This document shows positions 57,704 to 64,000 of a stretch of 64,000 bases of DNA, piece by piece. Position numbers and translations under genes: made by a program. Source of the stretch: Candidatus Latescibacterota bacterium (lineage in GTDB: Bacteria; Latescibacterota; UBA2968; GCA-2709665). The notes below the pieces were generated by a model, which searched no databases, was not told the DNA's origin, and saw only the letters and a program-made list of their open reading frames with translations. Position 1 is the first letter of the stretch; every line of letters begins with the position of its first letter. The stretch covers positions 32,001 to 96,000 of the forward strand of contig OZ244744.1 of the NCBI GenBank assembly GCA_965219455.1, given 5' to 3'.

Positions 57704-59888
57704 ACTCAACTCCATACTCCACATTTTTCTCGCGCGTGGCGAACAAGGGGAGGTTCTCTGCAGGCCCGCCGTGCTGCAAGCAGGCTTCTACATCCGTCCA
57801 TCCACCAAAGTCATGGATCCAATCGGCGACTCGGAGGATGCGTCTATTCGTTGGTTCGTCTTTCTGCCATCCTTGACGCAAAGACCAGATAGCCAGTCGG
57901 ATGAGATGTCCATATGCTACACATCTGATGTCACCGTCAGTTGGTCTTACGTTTCCGTTCCGTAAATGCTCCAAGTCTTTGGCAACGATGCGAGCTACTT
58001 CATCCGGGTTCCCGGCAAGCCATTTTCTTTGCATTGAACCAGTTTTTCGACAGACAAATATGGTGTCGACAATTGAGGAACCGGTCCCTCCTATATGTAT
58101 TGATGCACCCATTTCCGCCGGACAGGGAAGAGACGCCGAACATGTCAATCCTGAATCTAGGATAGCAACAGCTATAGGATAATAGGCTTCTACTTTGTTG
58201 TGGTGGTAGGTAAATGCCAACGGCGAACCCAGCTTTAGTGCCTTCGACATACATTGAAAAACGGAGGAAAGTCCGTCCGTAAAATGACTAATGCCCCGTC
58301 CCATGTCGACATTGCAGGTCAATTCATTTGGTGTGCGAGTCGACGAGACTTTGAATGCTTCTAGATCTCTGCCGATGAGCTTTCGCAACCAAACATAACA
58401 GAAATCCATGAGTTCTGCGTATTGCACATTGCCATAATAGGGCGGATCTGTAAAAACTGCGTCAAGTGAACCTTCAGGCAGCCTGGTAGATGCTGCGTCT
58501 CGACAAGAGATATCAATGAAGCGTGTTGATTCGGATCCGTCGTTCAGACGGCCGCCGATCCTTTCTCCTTCGACAGGTACGATTTTTTTTGATCGTCCCT
58601 GATGGATTACTTCAAACGGATGATCACAATATAATTTTGCTTTCTTAAACTTCTCGATGATGTTTGCCCATCCACCGCTACCCACACACACGTTCCGGCC
58701 TGACTCAATCATCCCAATTAAATTCGACTCGCAATGGATCAATCCGACTGGAAAACCGTGAATAGAGAATATATCCAAGGACTTCAATGCCCTTGTGTCG
58801 TAACGACACAGCATGTTTTGGTATCGGAGTAGATCAGACAGATTTGTAGCGAGAGCGTCACGGATGCGGACATCTTTGATTTTGCTGATCATTGCGGCCG
58901 ATAGTTCCAGGCCAAGTAACTGCCGACTGTTGAAGAGTTCTCGATAGCGAGTGTAACCCCAACGATGCAGGCGATTAGTCTCGTCGCCACTCGGGATCTC
59001 ATCGTCTGGAACATGATCATGGCGAGTCTCAGCCCAACGACGTTCAACCTCCGTAAGGCGCTCCTCATCCTGTCTATCCGGTCTCTTGAAGAATCTTCCG
59101 TTGTGGGATTTTTTGCACGCAGGACAATGATATTCCAATGCAAAAAGACGGTGCCGTGGAGGTCCAGCGTTCGGGTCAGGATACTTATTTTCGGCCCCAC
59201 AAGCCGAACATGAGCACCGGTTTCGCCTCGCAGGTCCATTCAATGTCAGTTTCGTATCGCAATAAATGCAATGTCCAGGGGTTTTACGATCGCTGCATTC
59301 GATCAATTCCCGGCAGTTCGGGCAAATAAACACGTTTTTTGGATGCCTGGAATCGGTGGAGAGGAGGTAGCCGGGAAAGAGATCTATATCGCTCTGACAT
59401 TGATGACACGACTTAACTTTGACCCATAGGAAGTATTTGGTATGGGCAGTGTTCGAGCCACAAAGTGTGCATTGTGTTCGATATAGATGTCCGATTTCCT
59501 TGTCTAATTTCCCTCGAAGGGATTCTGCGGCCTGAGTATATTCACGGAGATCGAGAGACTCGATTTCCTGTGTAACAATCCAGTATGACATAGGGTTTAT
59601 ATCGAATCCGGTGACATCACAGCCGACGCGGTTTGCCTCCAGAATTGGAATACCTCCGCCCATAAACGGATCGGCAACATGGCGGCCAGAAAGGTCGTTT
59701 GACATATAAAAGGTCTCTCGAATTGGTCTATCCAAGAACTCGGAGAGCAGTAGTCCGCGAAACAGTGTGCCCGGACGTCGAGCAAACCACTTGTGAACGG
59801 CAATAATTGGCCGGTAATTCTGCTGGATCTGCTTTTCCCTTAACGCCAGGTTCGCAATAAACGAAATATCGTAGTGCTTTTCTATCAT
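57684..59888 (-). CDS. Zn-ribbon amino-DNA methyltransferase (DUF1156-like N-terminus)
   Basis: HKWFARRPG, motif I ADPFMGGG, six CxxC pairs, motif IV FTDPPY. Confidence 0.9.
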   Translation of the reverse strand: MIEKHYDISFIANLALREKQIQQNYRPIIAVHKWFARRPGTLFRGLLLSEFLDRPIRETFYMSNDLSGRHVADPFMGGGIPILEANRVGCDVTGFDINPMSYWIVTQEIESLDLREYTQAAESLRGKLDKEIGHLYRTQCTLCGSNTAHTKYFLWVKVKSCHQCQSDIDLFPGYLLSTDSRHPKNVFICPNCRELIECSDRKTPGHCIYCDTKLTLNGPARRNRCSCSACGAENKYPDPNAGPPRHRLFALEYHCPACKKSHNGRFFKRPDRQDEERLTEVERRWAETRHDHVPDDEIPSGDETNRLHRWGYTRYRELFNSRQLLGLELSAAMISKIKDVRIRDALATNLSDLLRYQNMLCRYDTRALKSLDIFSIHGFPVGLIHCESNLIGMIESGRNVCVGSGGWANIIEKFKKAKLYCDHPFEVIHQGRSKKIVPVEGERIGGRLNDGSESTRFIDISCRDAASTRLPEGSLDAVFTDPPYYGNVQYAELMDFCYVWLRKLIGRDLEAFKVSSTRTPNELTCNVDMGRGISHFTDGLSSVFQCMSKALKLGSPLAFTYHHNKVEAYYPIAVAILDSGLTCSASLPCPAEMGASIHIGGTGSSIVDTIFVCRKTGSMQRKWLAGNPDEVARIVAKDLEHLRNGNVRPTDGDIRCVAYGHLIRLAIWSLRQGWQKDEPTNRRILRVADWIHDFGGWTDVEACLQHGGPAENLPLFATREKNVEYGVEYAEVPF

Positions 59889-60046
59889 CAGACGGCTACC
59901 CATCCTTATATTGCGAACCACCCATTTATTCTAAGGATATTCTTAGCATCTCACATTGCACTGGGCAGATAATTGAGCAGGCAAACAAAAACCGCCACCC
60001 TCGGACGACCTGAAAGCAGCGATTGCTGGAGGACGATCAGGAGAAG

Positions 60047-60604
60047 TCAGACCTCCATAATTTCCTCTTCCTTCCGCGCCAGCAGCTTGTCGATTTCCGC
60101 CACGAAATCGTCGGTCAGCTTCTGCACCTGTTCCTGCCCCTTCCTGGAATCGTCTTCGGGTATCTCGCCCTCTTTCTGACCGTCCTTGAACATCTCGTTG
60201 GCGTCCCGCCGGGCGTTGCGCACCGAGACCTTGCACTCTTCCGACATCTGGCGAACCACGCGTACGAGCTCCGTACGGCGCTCTTCCGTCAGATGTGGGA
60301 TCGGCAGACGAATAACCGTTCCATCGCTGGATGGCGCCAGACCCAGATTCGACGCCTGTATGGCCTTTTCAATAGCCGGGATTGCGCTCTTGTCCCACGG
60401 CTGAAGAACAATCAGCCTCGGCTCCGGCACGCCAATGGTGGCCACCTGGTTCAGCGGCACTTTGGTACCGTAATACTCAGCGCGAATATTGTCCAGTAAT
60501 GCGGTGTTTGCACGTCCCGTGCGAACCGTGGCTATTTCGTGTTGAAATGCTTCCACGGTTTTTTCCATCGCCTGCCTGGTCTCTGAAAGAATCTCGTCAA
60601 CCAT
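60047..60604 (-). CDS. frr: Ribosome recycling factor
   Basis: RTGRAN, LTEERR.ELV, VRNARRDAN, KEEEIMEV. Confidence 0.98.
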   Translation of the reverse strand: MVDEILSETRQAMEKTVEAFQHEIATVRTGRANTALLDNIRAEYYGTKVPLNQVATIGVPEPRLIVLQPWDKSAIPAIEKAIQASNLGLAPSSDGTVIRLPIPHLTEERRTELVRVVRQMSEECKVSVRNARRDANEMFKDGQKEGEIPEDDSRKGQEQVQKLTDDFVAEIDKLLARKEEEIMEV

Positions 60605-60725
60605 CTGATGCGTCCCTTCGTGAAGAAAGCGGACTCCTTATGATAAGGATATTCCGGACCTCAACTCCCGTGGGCCGCCCAACGGGCCAACGGGCCTGAT
60701 TCGCTGCCCGGAGAACCGGACGCAC

Positions 60726-61325
60726 TCAGCTCTCCTCCCCGAGAACAAACCGCACAAACCGTCTGATGGTTACATTTTCGCCGCACTGGGCGATCAGTTC
60801 CATTAGCATGTCCCTGACTGTCTTGTCCGGATCTTTCACAAAGGGCTGTTCCATGAGGCAAACCTCCTGGAAATACTTCTCCACTCGCCCGTCTACAATC
60901 CGGTCGAGAACCCGCTCGGGTTTGCCCTCATCCAGCGCCTGTTGCCTGAAGATCCGGCGTTCACGCTCGATGCTTGACTCATCCAGCTCGTCCCGGCTCA
61001 CGGCCACGGGCGCGCTGGCGGCGATGTGCATAGCAAGATCCCGGGCAAAAGTCTGGAACTGATCCGTCCGGGCAACAAAATCGGTCTCGCTGTTGACCTC
61101 CAGCATCACGCCAAGCTTGCTACCCGTGTGGATGTACGACGTGATCAGCCCTTCTTTCGCCGCGCGGTGCGCGCGGTCTTCCGCCTTGGCAATACCGCGG
61201 GTCCGGAGAAGCTCGATGGCTTTTTCCATATCCCCGTCACTCTCGACGAGAGCCCGTTTGCAGTCCATCATCCCCACATTGGTCTTGGCCCGTAGTTCCT
61301 GAACCATCTTCGCAGAAATAGCCAT
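60726..61325 (-). CDS. tsf: Elongation factor Ts (short form)
   Basis: ELRAKTNVGMMDCKRAL, NSETDFVA. Confidence 0.98.
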   Translation of the reverse strand: MAISAKMVQELRAKTNVGMMDCKRALVESDGDMEKAIELLRTRGIAKAEDRAHRAAKEGLITSYIHTGSKLGVMLEVNSETDFVARTDQFQTFARDLAMHIAASAPVAVSRDELDESSIERERRIFRQQALDEGKPERVLDRIVDGRVEKYFQEVCLMEQPFVKDPDKTVRDMLMELIAQCGENVTIRRFVRFVLGEES

Positions 61326-61375
61326 TTGTTCCCCGCAGGCGTTACGCCTCTCCGTTCTTTCCTGGCTGTTATTCG

Positions 61376-62134
61376 TTAGACTTCGGTAATTTCGGTAATT
61401 TCCGGGCCAAGCAACTGGGGTTCGTCATCCGCCCGGTCGGGACCCTCTCGTCGTATCTTCTCACCCTCCAGTACCGCATCGGAAACCAGGCGGGTAATAA
61501 GTCCGATGGACCGGATGGCGTCGTCGTTGCCGGGAATCGGATAGTCGACGTCGTCCGGATTGCAGTTGGTGTCGACGATGGCCACAACCGGTATGTTGAG
61601 ACGCCTCGCTTCGTGGACGGCGATCTTTTCCTTTTTTATATCAACCACGAAAACCAACCCCGGCAAGCGGCCCATATCCCGGATACCGCTCAAGGATCTT
61701 TCCAGTTTCTCTCGCTCACGCTCCAGCCGCAACACCTCTTTTTTGGTCAACTTCTCGTGGGTCCCGTCCGCTCCCATCTTATCGAGCGTTTCAAGGCGCC
61801 GAATGCTCTGGCGAATAGTCTGGTAATTCGTCAACATCCCGCCAAGCCAACGTTCGGTTACGTGAAACATCTCACAGCGCTTCGCTTCCTCTAAAATTAC
61901 GTCTTTTGCCTGTTTCTTCGTTCCCACGAAGAGCACCGAATCGCCTCGTTGGACGGCCTGGCTGATAACCTGATAGGCTTCTTCGATCTGCTTCAGTGTT
62001 TTTTGCAGATCAATAATGTATATACCGTTGCGTTCGATAAAGATGAACTTCCTCATCTTGGGATTCCAACGGCGGGTCTGATGCCCGAAGTGGACCCCGG
62101 CCTCCAGCAACGCTTTCATTTCAACGACAGCCAT
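61376..62134 (-). CDS. rpsB: 30S ribosomal protein S2
   Basis: [30 protein letters not shown]. Confidence 0.99.
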   Translation of the reverse strand: MAVVEMKALLEAGVHFGHQTRRWNPKMRKFIFIERNGIYIIDLQKTLKQIEEAYQVISQAVQRGDSVLFVGTKKQAKDVILEEAKRCEMFHVTERWLGGMLTNYQTIRQSIRRLETLDKMGADGTHEKLTKKEVLRLEREREKLERSLSGIRDMGRLPGLVFVVDIKKEKIAVHEARRLNIPVVAIVDTNCNPDDVDYPIPGNDDAIRSIGLITRLVSDAVLEGEKIRREGPDRADDEPQLLGPEITEITEV

Positions 62135-62139
62135 ACAAT

Positions 62140-62232
62140 CCTCCTGAAACTCCGGGTTGATCCTCTGTGACCGTCAACCCGCAAACCAGTCGGAAACCGA
62201 CACCCGGCCTGCGGTCGGGACACATGTGAAAT
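62140..62232 (-). promoter_or_regulatory. rpsB 5' leader (S2-binding autoregulatory RNA)
   Basis: Position directly upstream of rpsB; GGGT and GAGG...AACCC pseudoknot-type motifs with stems. Confidence 0.6.
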
Positions 62233-62279
62233 AGGCGCGTCGCCAGGTGCGCAACACGCCGATAGGAAAAGACAACCGA

Positions 62280-62672
62280 CTAACGTTTCGAAAACTGGAA
62301 CCGCTTACGTGCCCCCGGGCGGCCCGGCTTTTTGCGCTCCACCTCTCGCGCGTCGCGGGTCAACAGCCCGGCCTCGCGCAGCGGCTTCTTGAGATCTTCG
62401 TTCAGGGCAAGCAGGCTGCGGGCGATACCCAGCCGTACCGCGCCGGCCTGGCCGCTCAGACCACCACCCTTGGCGCTGGCGACGATATTGTATTGCCCGA
62501 TCGTCTCCGTAACCGCCAACGGCTGTTCCACGATCATCACAAGCGTCTCACGCTTCAGATAATCCAGGATCGGCCTGTCATTGATTACAATCTCTCCGGA
62601 ACCCGGAAAGAGCTTCACGTTTGCCGTTGCCGACTTGCGCCGGCCTCTGGCAGAAGCAAGGATCTCTGCCAA
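62280..62672 (-). CDS. rpsI: 30S ribosomal protein S9
   Basis: GRRKSATA, GGGLSGQAGA, LTRDAREVERKK, QFSKR; TTG start with GGAGG. Confidence 0.99.
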   Translation of the reverse strand: MAEILASARGRRKSATANVKLFPGSGEIVINDRPILDYLKRETLVMIVEQPLAVTETIGQYNIVASAKGGGLSGQAGAVRLGIARSLLALNEDLKKPLREAGLLTRDAREVERKKPGRPGARKRFQFSKR

Positions 62673-62711
62673 GATCCCACCTCCTCTCGGTCAACGATTC
62701 TCCAACGATGC

Positions 62712-62932
62712 CTGGTGTCCCGTCCCAGAAATATGTCACCGTTCATGCGCCGATTCATCCCGTCTCGCTACGTTCCCTTCACTCGCTGCGCCCGTTCTGG
62801 TCCCGTCTCTTCAGGGCGCTGACGTCAACTGATTGGGTTTTTGATTCAAGCTGACGGCTGAGAGCTGATAGCTGTTTTTACTGCTTCTGGTCGGCCGAAT
62901 TTTGGCAATCTATTTCAGGGACAGAACACTGG
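62712..62932. mobile_element. MITE with the ends of the IS630 element at 11657-12841
   Basis: Left end TGTCCCGTCCCAGAAATA is 18/18 identical to the IS right end; right end is 15/18 to the IS left end; CTGG on both flanks. Confidence 0.85.
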
Positions 62933-62944
62933 ATACGGCGGATT

Positions 62945-63379
62945 TCACATCAGTTCAATCGCTTCGGGGACCTGACTCTGATGGGGATGATCGGGACCCG
63001 CGTAGATCCGGACCTTTTTCATCATTCGGCGCCCCAGTTTCGTACGCGGCAACATCCCTCGAATGGCGTGCTCCAGCACAAACTCCGGTTGCGTTTCGAG
63101 CGCCCGCCTGAGGGTTTTGGTTTTCAGGCCGCCTGGATATCCGCTATAGCGCTTATAAACCTTCTGTTCGGGTTTATTGGCGCCCTTGACAACGAGCTTG
63201 TCGGTGTTTACCACAACGACGTGATCGCCGGTATCCAGGTGCGGCGTATAAATTGGTTTGTGTTTGCCCATGAGAATCCGGGCCACCTCGCTTGCAAAGC
63301 GACCCAGTACTTTACCCTCCGCATCAGCCAGAAGCCATCTGCGTTCAACGTCGCACGCTTTAGCGCTTGGCGTATTCAT
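62945..63379 (-). CDS. rplM: 50S ribosomal protein L13
   Basis: W...[11 protein letters not shown]...[26 protein letters not shown]. Confidence 0.98.
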   Translation of the reverse strand: MNTPSAKACDVERRWLLADAEGKVLGRFASEVARILMGKHKPIYTPHLDTGDHVVVVNTDKLVVKGANKPEQKVYKRYSGYPGGLKTKTLRRALETQPEFVLEHAIRGMLPRTKLGRRMMKKVRIYAGPDHPHQSQVPEAIELM

Positions 63380-63460
63380 AAATCCACACGGCGTCCGCTT
63401 AGACGCCGCGTTCGAACTCACCTCCTCTCCAAGCCGGTTCCACGAAATGTTAAGCCTCAA

Positions 63461-63489
63461 AAGATATAGAGCGCGTGTGACTTTGTCAA
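63461..63489 (-). promoter_or_regulatory. sigma70 promoter of the rplM operon
   Basis: TTGACA-N17-TATCTT on the minus strand. Confidence 0.7.
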
Positions 63490-63508
63490 GCACAAACCCT
63501 TATGGGAC

Positions 63509-63565
63509 AGAAAAATGCGCCGCGATTCGGGAGCCGGTTGTCCGACCACATCCCATCACGGCGCA
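63509..63565 (-). terminator. Rho-independent terminator
   Basis: TGCGCCGTGAT / ATCGCGGCGCA stem followed by TTTTT. Confidence 0.7.
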
Positions 63566-63768
63566 ATTCTCGAGACGGCCTCCATCTCACGGCGCCCCGA
63601 ACACATAGCCGGGGCCCGTCGGAAAGACGGATCGCCTGTCTTTCGATGGCTGTTTAGATTCGCCAGGCGCGTTACCAGACGAGATGTTCTCCCGCACCCG
63701 GCAGCGCACCTAACTACAGCCACCTCCACTGGTCATTTCGCTCATTTGACCACCTCCTTTCTGTGTAA
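63509..63768 (-). ncRNA. Candidate structured small RNA containing an 11-codon ORF (63710-63745, MSEMTSGGGCS)
   Basis: Own promoter and terminator; about six hairpins; G-U pairs work only on the minus strand. Confidence 0.55.
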
Positions 63769-63773
63769 GCAAA

Positions 63774-63802
63774 AATATACGCCACCGGATCGCGGAAGTC
63801 AA
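63774..63802 (-). promoter_or_regulatory. sigma70 promoter for the candidate small RNA
   Basis: TTGACT-N17-TATATT. Confidence 0.7.
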
Positions 63803-63820
63803 AGGCTTTCTCCAGCCGGG

Positions 63821-64000
63821 TCAGGTCCGTGGATCCAGCGCATCCCGCAGTCCATCTCCGAGCAGGTTAAACGCCATTACGGACGAAAATATCGCCAGGC
63901 CCGGAAAGGTTAATACCCACGGCGCCCGCAGTACCAGTTCCCGTCCACCGGTCAACATCGCACCCCACTCAGGCGTCGGCGGCTGCGCGCCCAATCCCAG
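63821..64000 (-). CDS. DppC/OppC-type peptide ABC permease, C-terminal part (not in the ORF track)
   Basis: [16 protein letters not shown]...FPGLAI...[16 protein letters not shown]. Confidence 0.93.
   Translation of the reverse strand: MGLGAQPPTPEWGAMLTGGRELVLRAPWVLTFPGLAIFSSVMAFNLLGDGLRDALDPRT

Noticed and set aside
54960-59950. att-site direct repeats bounding the RM island
   Set aside because: Only a 7-bp TCTTAGC match was found, and there is no integrase or tRNA
60726-61325. Short 199-aa EF-Ts as a truncation
   Set aside because: Short EF-Ts forms are normal in several phyla and both termini look intact
63748-63762. 16S rRNA 3' end look-alike (GACCACCTCCTTTCT)
   Set aside because: No other rRNA sequence adjoins it; read instead as an extended SD on the minus strand

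Overview
GC-rich bacterial chromosome segment. The rplM-rpsI-rpsB-tsf-frr gene order, a SprA-like/Omp85 gene pair, signal-peptide TldD/E, several Gfo/Idh/MocA, PhyH and VOC enzymes, a sulfatase and an FN3/Calx-beta lipoprotein suggest (inference only) an FCB-group organism such as Latescibacterota or Gemmatimonadota, possibly sponge-associated. The window has about 50 credible CDSs: catabolic clusters, dapL, a MazF-type toxin-antitoxin pair, an AT-richer restriction-modification plus membrane-protein island, and the ribosomal/translation cluster, which lacks pyrH. Mobile and repeat content: one complete IS630, one complete IS1380, two MITEs (one carries the ends of that IS630 and lies between rplM and rpsI) and several REP-like palindrome families. 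No rRNA, tRNA or CRISPR array was seen. The best novelty candidate is a ~260-nt highly structured minus-strand transcript upstream of rplM. It has its own sigma70 promoter and terminator, a 15-nt match to the 16S 3' tail and an 11-codon ORF. Other candidates are the NHL + giant barrel + 3-POTRA Omp85 trio and the RM/channel-like defence island. All calls come from manual motif reading; no database searches were run.
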